Positions 51,472 to 64,000 of a stretch of 64,000 nt of DNA are shown here, piece by piece (positions within the stretch are counted from its first letter, which is position 1; each line of letters begins with the position of its first letter). This DNA is from Macrostomum lignano (taxonomy: Eukaryota). Made by a program: the position numbers and the translations under genes. The stretch lies in NCBI GenBank assembly GCA_002269645.1, contig NIVC01000334.1, positions 1 through 64,000 on the forward strand, written 5' to 3'. Under the pieces are notes generated by a model. It did not search any database. It saw only the letters and a list, made by a program, of their open reading frames with translations, and was not told the origin of the DNA.

Positions 51472-54400
51472 CTACTCATAGTAGGAACTCGAGGCCGCCG
51501 ATTCTTCCTCAAGATCTGCAGATTCCTCGCCCTCGCTGCTCTGCTGCTGTTGCTGCTGCTGCTGACTGCAGTGATGAGGCAGCTCAGGCTCCGTGGTCTC
51601 AGCCGGCAAGGTCTGATCAACCGGGTAGTTCGCATTGTACTCCAGCTTCTCAATCTCCGGGTTAAAGGCCACCCGCTTCTCCAGGTTGTCGCCGCCTCCG
51701 CCACCGCCGCCGCCCCCGCTCGCTCCGCCGCTGCCGACGGACGCTTCCAGCATCATCTCCATCGGGTCGCCGCCCTGCATCTCGACGATCGCTGGCAGGT
51801 CGCCAGCCGACTGTCGGCACCCGCCGATGATGCCACCACTGCCGCTGCCAGCGGCGCCGCTCGCCTCGTCCTCGACGTGCAGGTTGTGCAGCTGGCAGGC
51901 GCTGGCGCTGTAGGTGCCCTTTAGGTTGGAGTCGCTCACGAAATCCTCCTTGTGCTCGCTGATCCAGTCGTCGACGTACATATGGCAGGCCGACGCCGCC
52001 GATGTTGGCGGTGTGTCAGCGGCGCCGACTGCCGCGCCAGCCGAGGCTGCGGAGTCCTCGCGGCGGTGCTCGGCGCCGCTGGTCGAGGCCGCCTTCACCG
52101 GAGACGCGTCGCTGACGGCCAGAATGGCAGTCGCTGCGGCGCCGGTGGCGGCGGTGGAGGCCGCGGCAGCGGGGTCGGTAGCGTCGCCGGTGAATCCGCT
52201 GTCGGTCTCGACCACCAGCCCGACAACCTCGCCAAGGACGCCGGCGTCCTCGGCATCGTCGAGCACGACTCCGCTGACGTCACCGCCGTCAACCAGGACG
52301 ATGGCTGAGCCGGCGGAGCTCTCGCGACCGGCCTCGTCGTCTTCCTCGTCATCAACTTCGTCGTCTTTGTCGCCTTCATCCTCTTCGTCCACGTCGTCCG
52401 ACTCTCGGCGACGGCGACAGCGGCGGCGTCGGCAGATGCCGCCGTCTTCGCGAGCGTTCGCCGGCAGCAGCGGCTCCTTCGTCAGGTCGGCCCCGGACTG
52501 CAGCGCTGCCTCCTCGTCGTCAACGCCGTTGCCAAGCAACGCCCGACTGCTGGACGACTGGTCAATGCCGACTCCCGATGTCGAGGCCGACTCGGGCTGC
52601 GTGGCTTCGGCCAACTGAGCCAGCCGGGCCTCCCCGGACTCCTCCCGGCTGCGCTGCTGCCTGCCGCCGCCGTTGCCGCTGCCGCCGCGGCCGTAGCTGT
52701 TAGCGGAGATGTTGTTGGCAAAGCAGAAGTGCGTGTCCGGCATCGACCGGCTGATGTCCGGGCTGCTCGGTTGGCTCTCCGTCGCTGTGGTGCGGCTGCG
52801 TCTTCGCTTCACGCTCTTGGAGGCTGCGGAGTTTGGCGGGCGGGGTTCATGACGGACTGTAGCTATGACCGACTCTAGCTATGACCGACTCTAGCTATGA
52901 CCGACTCTAGCTATGACCGACTCTAGCTATGACCGACTCTAGCTATGATCGACTCTAGCTATGACTCTAGCCGACTCTAGCTATGACCGACTCTAGCTAT
53001 GACCGACTCTAGCTATGACCGACTCTAGCTATGACCGACTCTAGCTATGACCGACTCTAGCTATGACCGACTCTAGCTATGACCGACTCTAGCTATGACC
53101 GACTCTAGCTATGATCGACTCTAGCTATGACCGACTCTAGCTATGACCGACTCTAGCTATGACCGACTCTAGCTATGACCGACTCTAGCTATGACCGACT
53201 CTAGCTATGACCGACTCTAGCTATGACCGACTCTAGCTATGACCGACTCTAGCTATGACCGACTCTAGCTATGACCGACTCTAGCTATGACCGACTCTAG
53301 CTATGACCGACTCTAGCTATGACCGACTCTAGCTATGACCGACTCTAGCTATGACCGACTCTAGCTATGACCGACTCTAGCTATGACCGACTCTAGCTAT
53401 GACCGACTCTAGCTATGACCGACTCTAGCTATGACCGACTCTAGCTATGACCGACTCTAGCTATGACCGACTCTAGCTATGACCGACTCTAGCTATGACC
53501 GACTCTAGCTATGACCGACTCTAGCTATGACCGACTCTAGCTATGACCGACTCTAGCTATGACCGACTCTAGCTATGACCGACTCTAGCTATGACCGACT
53601 CTAGCTATGACCGACTCTAGCTATGACCGACTCTAGCTGTGACCGACTCTAGCTATGACCGACTCTAGCTATGACCGACTCTAGCTATGACCGACTCTAG
53701 CTATGACCGACTCTAGCTATGATCGACTCTAGCTATGACCGACTCTAGCTATGACCGACTCTAGCTATGACCGACTCTAGCTATGACCGACTCTAGCTAT
53801 GACCGACTCTAGCTATGACCGACTCTAGCTATGACCGACTCTAGCTATGACCGACTGTCTATGACTTTTGATTAAAGCTACTGCAGATTAGAGCCTCACT
53901 AAAGAAGGTCTTGACTTCGTCCACCCTGTCAACAGCTGGGATGATCCTCAGCGGTGGCAGCCGCTTTTTCTTCTTCTTCGGGCTGACGTCCTGGTCGCCG
54001 CCGCCCCGGGAGTGCAGCGTGTGCGTGCTGGTGAAATTCGACTCCGATGCGTCCTCCGGGATGTTCGGCAGGTGACCGTGCGAGCTGCCGTAGTTCTGTG
54101 GGGCCACCTCCAAGTTGGCTGTGGAGCCGAACCAGCCGCCTGTCATGGCGAACTTCTCCGAGGCCTGCGTGTACGACATCTGCGGGTCCTCCTCCTTCCA
54201 CCAGCGGTCCTTCTCCAGCTCGGGCAGCATGCTCAGCATGTTGTCCACGGCAAACAGGCCCACCTTCAGGTTGCGGTCCACGATCCAGTTGCACTCAAAG
54301 TCGTCGTCGTCCTCGCCAAACGGGTTGATCATCTGTTCGGCGACCTGGTTGATGGTGGGGAGCAGCGCTGACTGGGATTAGCGAGCTGGCTGGGGATCTG

Positions 54401-57400
54401 AGAGGCTGGCCCAGCAACTGACACTCTGGGAGGCTCGCCAAGCAACTGAGGATCTGGGAGGCTGGCCCAGCAACTGAGGATCTGGGAGGCTGGCCCAGCA
54501 ACTGACACTCTGGGAGGCTCGCCAAGCAGCTGAGGATCTGGGAGGCTGGCCCAGCAACTGAGGATCTGGGAGGCTGGCCCAGCAACTGACACTCTGGGAG
54601 GCTCGCCAAGCAGCTGAGGATCTGGGAGGCTGGCCCAGCAACTGAGGATCTGGGAGGCTGGCCCAGCAACTGAGGATCTGGGAGGCTGGCCCAGCAACTG
54701 AGAATCTGGGAGGCTGGCCGAGCAATTTAGGATCTGGGAGGCTGGCCCAGCAACTGAGGATCTGGGAGGCTGGCCCAGCAACTGAGGATCTGGGAGGCTG
54801 GCCCAGCAACTGAGGATCTGGGAGGCTGGCTCAGCAACTGAAGATCTGGGAGGCTGGCCCAGCAACTGAGGATCTGGGAGGCTGGCCCAGCAATTTAGGA
54901 TCTGGGAGGCTGGTCCAGCAGCTGAGGATCTGGGAGGCTGGTCCAGCAGCTGAGGATCTGGGAGGCTGGCTCAGCAACTGAGGCTCTGGGAGGCTGGCCC
55001 AGCAACTGAAGATCTGGGAGGCTGGCCCAGCAACTGAGGATCTGGGAGGCTGGCTCAGCAACTGAGGATCTGGGAGGCTGGCCCAGCAATTGAGGATATT
55101 TGCGAGGTTGGCAGCGGCCAAAGTCCCCAATAAGCAGTCTCGCGGCGCACCTTCAGCCAGCCCAGGTAGAAGAACAGCTGCATGAGGGTGTCGATCGGCA
55201 CGTACAAGTCGATCGAATACTTGGCGGAGATCTCGGGGCCGAATTCCTCCCTGACGCTGGCAAAGTTGACGTACTGCCGGGACACGATGCTGTTGAAGTA
55301 GAAGACGTAGACAGCCAGGGTGGCGACCTGATATTGAGACAACGGCAATTACGCTACTACACAATTACGTAATTATCATTATTGTACTTTAACTTTCTTT
55401 TGGACAAAGAGTGAAATTCTCACCTGGGTGTACACCAGCGGTATGCTGATCCAGTCGTAGGAGAAAAGAGTGCCCAGACACTCTTTGAATTTGCTCAGCT
55501 CCTGCAGTTGATTTGTTGGGTTTTGGTAGGGCATGCGTAGACGAAGTATAAATTAGTACGCAATGCACTTTATACTGCAGTGCACTGAGTTTTGGGTTGA
55601 AAATGGCGCTTTATGTATTGACGTGCGGGATGGAGTGAAGTTGGGGGAGTAATATTGAGGGCGGAAGTGAGGTGGGGCAGGAGTGAGGTGGGGCAGGAGT
55701 GAGGTGGGGCAGGTGTGAGGTGGGGCAGGAGTGAGGTGGGGCAGGGGTGAGGTGGGGCAGGTGAGGTGGGGCAGGGGTGAGGTGGGGCAGGGGTGAGGTG
55801 GGGCAGGAGGGAGGTGGGGCAGGGGTGAGGTGGGGCAGGTGAGGTGGGGCAGGAGGGAGGTGGGGCAGGTGTGAGGTGAGGCAGGCGTGAGGTGGGGCAG
55901 AAGTGAGGTGGGGCAGGTGAGGTGGGGCAGGGGTGAGGTGGGGCAGGAGGGAGGTGGGGCAGGTGAGGTGGGGCAGGGGTGAGGTGGGGCAGGAGGGAGG
56001 TGGGGCAGGGGAGGTGGGGCAGGCGTGAGGTGGGGCAGGAGTGAGGTGGGGCAGGTGAGGTGGGGCAGGTGAGGTGGGGCAGGGGTGAGGTGGGGCAGGA
56101 GTGAGGTGGGGCAGGTGAGGTGGGGCAGGGGTGAGGTGGGGCAGGGGTGAGGTGGGGCAGGGGTGAGGTGGGGCAGGGTGAGGTGGGGCAGGGGTGAGGT
56201 GGGGCAGGAGTGAGGTGGGGCAGGTGAGGTGGGGCAGGAGGGAGGTGGGGCAGGGGAGGTGGGGCAGGCGTGAGGTGGGCAGGAGTGAGGTGGGGCAGGA
56301 GTGAGGTGGGGCAGGTGAGGTGGGGCAGGGGTGAGGTGGGGCAGGAGTGAGGTGGGGCAGGTGAGGTGGGGCAGGGGTGAGGTGGGGCAGGAGTGAGGTG
56401 GGGCAGGAGGGAGGTGGGGCAGGAGGGAGGTGGGGCAGGTGAGGTGGGGCAGGGGTGAGGTGGGGCAGGAGGGAGGTGGGGCAGGAGTGAGGTGGGGCAG
56501 GAGTGAGGTGGGGCAGGAGTGAGGTGGGGCAGGAGTGAGGTGGGGCAGGAGTGAGGTGGGGCAGGTGAGCCGAAGCGACAGCACTAGAACACGAGTCTTA
56601 CATCAAGCAGCACGCAAAGGCGAAAGTCGGTAATTCTTTTCTCGCTGTGGGCCTTGTGGAACAACATTGCGCACCACTGCGTGGGCACCCAGTACTTGCT
56701 GGAGATGTGCGGCACTTTCTCGTCGTTGTACAGCTTGAACTCGTTCTCCGTCATCAGGCCTTTAAGAAGTGGGAGAATGGATCAAGATTGGGATTAATGA
56801 TTTGGGATCAAGATTGGGATCTCAGATCTGGGATCAATATTGGGATCAATGAGATCAATGATTTGTGATCTCAGATCTGGGATCAAGATTGGGATCAATG
56901 ATTTGGGATCAAGATTGGGATCAATGATTTGGGATCAAGATTGGGATCAATGATTTGGGATCTCAGATCTGGGATCAAGATTGGGATCAATGATTTGGGA
57001 TCTCAAATCTGGGATCAGCTTGGGATTGACCTTCGATTTCGAAGGTGGGCTCTGCCGAAGGTCCGGCAGGCCGTCATTACCCTGATCCACCAGGCTCTGC
57101 AGCGTAGGGAACCGCTTCTTCACTGTTGAGCTGATGGTCCTCAGCAGCAGCACCTCAGCCTGGATGAGGTACCGGATCGCCGTTCGTCTCAGCAGCACGG
57201 GCGCCTCATCGTTGCCAGGAATGAGCACGGCAAAGTAGGACATGATGCTGAGGGGGAGGGGGGATTTAATTTGTTAGAGTAACAAGTCTGGTGTGAGATA
57301 GTCGAGAACCACTTGTTAGTGTAGGGAGAATGAGGCTGCATTATAAATATATGTGGAAGATATTGTCTATTTTGCTATCTACGCTCGTAGCTATGGTGAC

Positions 57401-60400
57401 TTCCACGAGGAAATTAAACGGCCTTGAAAAAGATTCTTCCCAACCAGATCCCAGAGGAGATTGGGGATATTCTTTCCAAACAAATCCCAGAGTAGATTGA
57501 GTGAGATTTCACCCAACCAGATCTCGGAGTGGATTGAGGGAGATTCTTCCCAACCAGATCACAGAGTGGATTGAGGGAGATTCTTCCAAACCAGATCACA
57601 GAGTGGATTGAGGGAGATTCTTCCCAACCAGATCATAGAGTGGATTGAGGGAGATTCTTCCCAACCAGATCACAGAGTGGATTGAAGGAGATTATTCCCA
57701 ACCAGATCACAGAGTGGATTGAGGGAGATTCTTCCCAACCAGATCATAGAGTGGATTGAGGGAGATTCTTCCCAACCAGATCTCGGAGTGGATTGAGGGA
57801 GATTCTTCCCAACCAGATCTCGGAGTGGATTGAGGGAGATTCTTCCCAACCAGATCTCGGAGTGGATTGAGGGAGATTCTTCCCAACCAGATCTCGGAGT
57901 GGATTGAGGGAGATTCTTCCCAACCAGATCACAGAGTGGATTGAGGGAGATTCTTCCCAACCAGATCTCGGAGTGGATTGAGGGAGATTCTTCCCAACCA
58001 GATCTCGGAGTGGATTGAGGGAGATTCTTCCCAACCAGATCCCAGAGGAGATTGGGGATATTCTTTCCAAACAAATCCCAGAGTAGATTGAGTGAGATTT
58101 CACCCAACCAGATCTCGGAGTGGATTGAGGGAGATTCTTCCAAACCAGATCACAGAGTGGATTGAGGGAGATTCTTCCAAACCAGATCACAGAGTGGATT
58201 GAGGGAGATTCTTCCCAACCAGATCATAGAGTGGATTGAGGGAGATTCTTCCCAACCAGATCACAGAGTGGATTGAAGGAGATTATTCCCAACCAGATCA
58301 CAGAGTGGATTGAGGGAGATTCTTCCCAACCAGATCTCGGAGTGGATTGAGGGAGATTCTTCCCAACCAGATCTCGGAGTGGATTGAGGGAGATTCTTCC
58401 CAACCAGATCTCGGAGTGGATTGAGGGAGATTCTTCCCAACCAGATCACAGAGTGGATTGAGGGAGATTCTTCCCAACCAGATCTCGGAGTGGATTGAGG
58501 GAGATTCTTCCCAACCAGATCACAGAGTGGATTGAGGGAGATTCTTCCCAACCAGATCTCGGAGTGGATTGAGGGAGATTCTTCCCAACCAGATCTCGGA
58601 GTGGATTGAGGGAGATTCTTCCCAACCAGATCACAGAGTGGATTGAGGGAGATTCTTCCAAACCAGATCACAGAGTGGATTGAGGGAGATTCTTCCCAAC
58701 CAGATCATAGAGTGGATTGAGGGAGATTCTTCCTAACCAGATCACAGAGTGGATTGAGGGAGATTCTTCCTAACCAGATCACAGAGTGGATTGAGGGAGA
58801 TTCTTCCCAACCAGATCACAGAGTGGATTGAGGGAGATTCTTCCCAACCAGATCACAGAGTGGATTGAGGGAGATTCTTCCCAACCAGATCTCGGAGTGG
58901 ATTGAGGGAGATTCTTCCCAACCAGATCACAGAGTGGATTGAGGGAGATTCTTCCCAACCAGATCATAGAGTGGATTGAGGGAGATTCTTCCCAACCAGA
59001 TCTCGGAGTGGATTGAGGGAGATTCTTCCCAACCAGATCTCGGAGTGGATTGAGGGAGATTCTTCCCAACCAGATCTCGGAGTGGATTGAGGGAGATTCT
59101 TCCCAACCAGATCTCGGAGTGGATTGGGGGAGATTCTTCCCAACCAGATCTCGGAGTGGATTGAGGGAGATTCTTCCCAACCAGATCTCGGAGTGGATTG
59201 AGGGAGATTCTTCCCAACCAGATCTCGGAGTGGATTGAGGGAGATTCTTCCTAACCAGATCACAGAGTGGATTGAGGGAGATTCTTCCCAACCAGATCAT
59301 AGAGTGGATTGAGGGAGATTCTTCCCAACCAGATCTCGGAGTGGATTGAGGGAGATTCTTCCCAACCAGATCTCGGAGTGGATTGAGGGAGATTCTTCCC
59401 AACCAGATCTCGGAGTGGATTGAGGGAGATTCTTCCCAACCAGATCACAGAGTGGATTGAGGGAGATTCTTCCCAACCAGATCACAGAGTGGATTGAGGG
59501 AGTTTCTTCCCAACCAGATCACAGAGTGGATTGAGGGAGATTCTTCCCAACCAGATCACAGAGTGGATTGAGGGAGATTCTTCCCAACCAGATCTCGGAG
59601 TGGATTGAGGGAGATTCTTCCCAACCAGATCACAGAGTGGATTGAGGGAGATTCTTCCCAACCAGATCTCGGAGTGGATTGAGGGAGATTCTTCCCAACC
59701 AGATCACAGAGTGGATTGAGGGAGATTCTTCCCAACCAGATCTCGGAGTGGATTGAGGGAGATTCTTCCCAACCAGATCATAGAGTGGATTGAGGGAGAT
59801 TCTTCCTAACCAGATCACAGAGTGGATTGAGGGAGATTCTTCCCAACCAGATCACAGAGTGGATTGAGGGAGATTCTTCCCAACCAGATCTCGGAGTGGA
59901 TTGAGGGAGATTCTTCCCAACCAGATCATAGAGTGGATTGAGGGAGATTCTTCCTAACCAGATCACAGAGTGGATTGAGGGAGATTCTTCCTAACCAGAT
60001 CTCGGAGTGGATTGAGGGAGATTCTTCCCAACCAGATCACAGAGTGGATTGAGGGAGATTCTTCCCAACCAGATCTCGGAGTGGATTGAGGGAGATTCTT
60101 CCCAACCAGATCTCGGAGTGGATTGAGGGAGATTCTTCCCAACCAGATCTCGGAGTGGATTGAGGGAGATTCTTCCCAACCAGATCTCGGAGTGGATTGA
60201 GGGAGATTCTTCCCAACCAGATCACAGAGTGGATTGAGGGAGATTCTTCCCAACCAGATCACAGAGTGGATTGAGGGAGATTCTTCCCAACCAGATCTCG
60301 GAGTGGATTGAGGGAGATTCTTCCCAACCAGATCTCGGAGTGGATTGAGGGAGATTCTTCCCAACCAGATCTCGGAGTGGATTGAGGGAGATTCTTCCCA

Positions 60401-61460
60401 ACCAGATCTCGGAGTGGATTGAGGGAGATTCTTCCCAACCAGATCTCGGAGTGGATTGGGGGAGATTCTTCCCAACCAGATCTCGGAGTGGATTGAGGGA
60501 GATTCTTCCCAACCAGATCTCGGAGTGGATTGAGGGAGATTCTTCCTAACCAGATCTCGGAATGGATTGAGGGAGATTCTTCCCAACCAGATCTCGGAGT
60601 GGATTGAGGGAGATTCTTCCCAACCAGATCTCAGAGTGGATTGAGGGAGATTCTTCCCAACCAGATCTCGGAGTGGATTGAGGGAGATTCTTCCCAACCA
60701 GATCTCGGAGTGGATTGAGGGAGATTCTTCCCAACCAGATCTCGGAGTGGATTGAGGGAGATTCTTCCCAACCAGATCTCGGAGTGGATTGAGGGAGATT
60801 CTTCCCAACCAGATCTCGGAGTGGATTGAGGGAGATTCTTCCTAACCAGATCTCGGAGTGGATTGAGGGAGATTCTTCCCAACCAGATTTCGGAGTGGAT
60901 TGAGGGAGATTCTTCCCAACCAGATCTCAGAGTGGATTGAGGGAGATTCTTCCCAACCAGATCTCGGAGTGGATTGAGGGAGATTCTTCCTAACCAGATC
61001 ACAGAGTGGATTGAGGGAGATTCTTCCCAACCAGATCACAGAGTGGATTGAGGGAGATTCTTCCTAACCAGATCACAGAGTGGATTGAGGGAGATTCTTC
61101 CCAACCAGATCTCGGAGTGGATTGAGGGAGATTCTTCCCAACCAGATCTCGGAGTGGATTGAGGGAGATTCTTCCCAACCAGATCTCGGAGTGGATTGAG
61201 GGAGATTCTTGATCCCGGAGGAGATTGGGGAGATTCTTCCCAACCAGATCTCGGAGTGGATTGAGGGAGATTCTTGATCCCGGAGGAGATTGGGGAGATT
61301 CTTCCCAACCAGAACCGCAGCTCACCGATCGGGCCATGGGATGTAGCAGTACTGCGCCCACCAGCGCTGGACAACCACGGTGACGTAGAAGCCGAGGATG
61401 AAGGTGAGCGGCAGGATGCTCTCGAATGTGCCGCTGTACACAACGATCTTCTCGAATATC
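51472..61460 (-). CDS. BEST: Bestrophin Ca2+-activated anion channel, 5'-partial, very long low-complexity C-tail
   Basis: Exons 61326-61460, 57081-57247, 56602-56759, 55424-55501, 55151-55327, 53900-54344, 51472-52823, phases consistent. Motifs [64 protein letters not shown]. The N-terminal exon(s) were not found in the window. Confidence 0.94.
52858..53855. repeat. 16-bp minisatellite (CTAGCTATGACCGACT)n, ~62 almost perfect copies
   Basis: Seen directly. Confidence 0.98.
54385..55100. repeat. 28-bp minisatellite (GAGGATCTGGGAGGCTGGCCCAGCAACT)n
   Basis: Seen directly. Confidence 0.96.
55670..56567. repeat. 14-16 bp G-rich minisatellite (GAGTGAGGTGGGGCAG)n
   Basis: Seen directly. Confidence 0.97.
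56780..57030. repeat. 13-14 bp repeat (TTGGGATCAAGAT/TTGGGATCAATGAT)n
   Basis: Seen directly. Confidence 0.88.
57430..61312. repeat. 37-bp minisatellite (GGGAGATTCTTCCCAACCAGATCTCGGAGTGGATTGA)n, ~100 copies
   Basis: Seen directly; fills a 4-kb bestrophin intron. Confidence 0.98.
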
Positions 61461-62284
61461 CTGTGAGGGTGGGGGAATAAGCAGGAGAGTGAGTCACAGA
61501 GTGATAAGAATAAGTGGGTCAGGGAGTGACAGACTGATATATTCTATGGCCGGGTGACAGAATTTGAATAACTGCAAGTACATTATGTCAGTAAGCAAGA
61601 AAGATTTGATCTCAACTATCCCGTCACAGGTATTGAACTGACTGATGATAGCAGAACATCTGCACCACCTGGTTAGCATATTTCGGAGCGGGGCAGGCAA
61701 GCATGAAATGAATACAAATATGGATGCTATAAACCCCCCTCCAATTATCTTTGAGACTCCGGGGCGCACCTGCTGTCAATCATTATTTTCTCCCTCTCTC
61801 TCATTTACCTTTGAGGCATCGGCAGTGCCTTATTCGCTACAGGTAAACAGATAGGACACCGAGGGGAGGCAGTCGCGGCACATTATTGCCCTTCCCAAAC
61901 CCAGTGTACGATTTACAGTACATTGCGGACTATATAGTACATCAGTTCTCTATCCCATTCATCCCATCCTGAGCTGCCCAGGTCTGGGAACCGGTTTGCC
62001 GGGGGGGTGCTAAATAAATCATAACCTTCCATACTCTCAGAATAGCCTGCCAATACGAGGGCGTTAGTCTTAGACGTCAGCCTGCACTCCTGCTATACGG
62101 TACTGAATTTGGTTGAATCTCTGTTCTAAAATAGTTAAGGTGACGAGGGCCTGTGTCCGAGTTTGCAAGGAGTTGGGATCAGGAGTATTTTCTAGTGGGG
62201 ATGAGAGCTGCTGAGCAGGCAAAGTAAACACTGGAGCTGCAGCAATATGGCTGTAGGATTGATTGCTGATCGATAAATGGGCTC

Positions 62285-62322
62285 TGAGACAGGCAGAAAG
62301 ACAGACACTCTGACCGACAGCC

Positions 62323-62360
<38 letters not shown>
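62285..62360. repeat. (AGAC)n tract
   Basis: Seen directly. Confidence 0.85.
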
Positions 62361-62363
<3 letters not shown>

Positions 62364-63434
62364 CTCTTACGACTGTCTGTGTGTTTAGCGGGACCTGAGT
62401 TATGTTAATGCGTTACGTGGACCACGCAATTCCGGTTAAAAAATAGTCTGTTTTGACAACGCGAAAGGCTAGCTAGGGTTATCTTTTTGTTAACTTGACG
62501 GAATAGCCAGTTCGGGGAAACTGTGGTGGTTCACTAACTACGTTTTGGGGACCGGGTTAGGTGGACCGCAAAAAACAGTTGGTTTAGTTAGACCTCTTTC
62601 GTTGTAGAAAATTTATTGCTTTAAACTGTTCTTTTGAACTAATTAAAACAGAAATTCTCAAAAAGAACAGATAAAAGGGTTACGACGTCATTTAATGAAA
62701 ATATCCCAAGTTCAAACCAATTTATTTAGCATTATTAATCGGGTTAATCGGGTTAAACAAATGTACGATCGCATTAGTTAGTTGCGTCGCGTGAATACAA
62801 GAAGGTGAATGAAAATAAAGCTTTTTGAAAATAAATACCGAATCATATCAAATACTAACTGTAAACTCATTAAAACTAATTTAGGTCAAAATGTATGCTT
62901 CAAATACATGTTAACAAACGTAAGATTCCATTAGTTAAAAAAGGTCATCCGAGTACGAGCCTACAAGAAGTTGAAGGGCATTTTTAATAACGACAAAAGT
63001 TACTAAAACTGAAATTAAATTGATTTGACTACATCAGTCCTATTATACTGAATGAGTTGGTGAGCAATCATATGATAAGCCAATCATTTTACCGACTTTC
63101 ATCTTTTCGTTCACGCAGATGATGGCTTAATCTTCTTATTTTTTCTACGAAATATTCTCCTGGACCTTCCCTGCCTCCGTGGTCCGGGACCGCTTCTGTT
63201 ATTGATCTGTCATTGCCTCTCTCACGAATTTCAGCTTACTCAGCCATCGAATCCGCTTTCGTCAGCTCAGCTCTATGATGAACCTTTCTATATTTCTCGT
63301 CAATTAGTGGTTTGAATCTTCTTTTACAGTTCGTTTTAACCTTCATCTCGGTGAAACGCAGTCAGTCTCGTCGAGCTCAGGCGAACAAAATCAACCACAG
63401 GCTCCTACAAAGGTAGAAAATAAAAATAACTGAC

Positions 63435-64000
63435 AATCAAACAGACACAGAAATCTGTTCCAGTTGTGTCTGTAGTTTATGTGGACCACCTGAGAGCCAG
63501 AGCCTCAAACAGACAGAGAAATCTGTTCGAGTTGTGTCTGTAGGTTAGGTGGACCACCTTCTGAGAGCCAAAGCTCAAACAGACTGAGAGAGCTGCTTCA
63601 GTTGTGTCTGTAGGTTATGTGGACCACCTAAGAGCCAGAGCCTCAAACAGACAGAGAAATCTGTTCGAGTTGTGTCTGTAGGTTAGGTGGACCAGCTACT
63701 CCAAAGCACTTCTAGGCGATAATCTGAGCCAGGAATCTCCGAGAGCCTCTCGTTACACATCCAGATGTTCTACCTTGATGCTGGACTAGCTCACTTTCTA
63801 GGAATCTGTTCTGATTGCATTCTAACAAACTGAAGCATTCTCGGCACTAAACTTTCTCGGCGGCTCTGAGAGCCAGAGCCTCAAACAGACAGAGAAATCT
63901 GTTCGAGTTGTGTCTGTAGGTTAGGTGGACCAGCTACTCCAAAGCACTTCTAGGCGAGAATCTGAGCCAGGAATCTCCGAGAGCCTCTCGTTACACATCC
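63435..64000. repeat. ~70-bp repeats nested in a ~238-bp tandem duplication (runs off the window)
   Basis: AGCCAGAGCCTCAAACAGACAGAGAAATCTGTTCGAGTTGTGTCTGTAGGTTAGGTGGACC recurs. Blocks starting 63633 and 63871 are near-identical. Confidence 0.85.

Overview
Eukaryotic, intron-containing animal genomic DNA. GC-rich Ala/Gln-rich exons, introns packed with minisatellites and long (TCTG)n tracts suggest a free-living flatworm such as Macrostomum (inference, not proven). Seven spliced genes were assembled by hand with GT/AG junctions and consistent phases: MEF2 (-, first two coding exons, exon 1 frameshifted), a 9-exon RCC1-repeat protein (-), NAGK (+), a SMAD2/3-type R-SMAD (+), DNMBP/Tuba (+), DENR (+) and a bestrophin (-, 5' end not found in the window). 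About 35 unrelated tandem arrays fill introns and gene flanks; most long ORFs in the supplied track are artefacts of these arrays. The strongest leads: (1) an R-SMAD whose MH1 keeps its Zn ligands but lacks the DNA-binding beta-hairpin; (2) intronic arrays seeded at splice junctions, including tandem 41-nt GT...AG cassettes that resemble recursive-splicing ratchets; (3) two sharply bounded, almost CpG-free islands, each carrying a decayed 28S rRNA fragment with the same scar at the R2/I-PpoI cut site; (4) a 4-nt deletion in the MEF2 MADS box; (5) a NAGK with no nearby in-frame ATG, possibly using a spliced-leader AUG. No CRISPR array, intact rRNA gene or intact tRNA gene was found.
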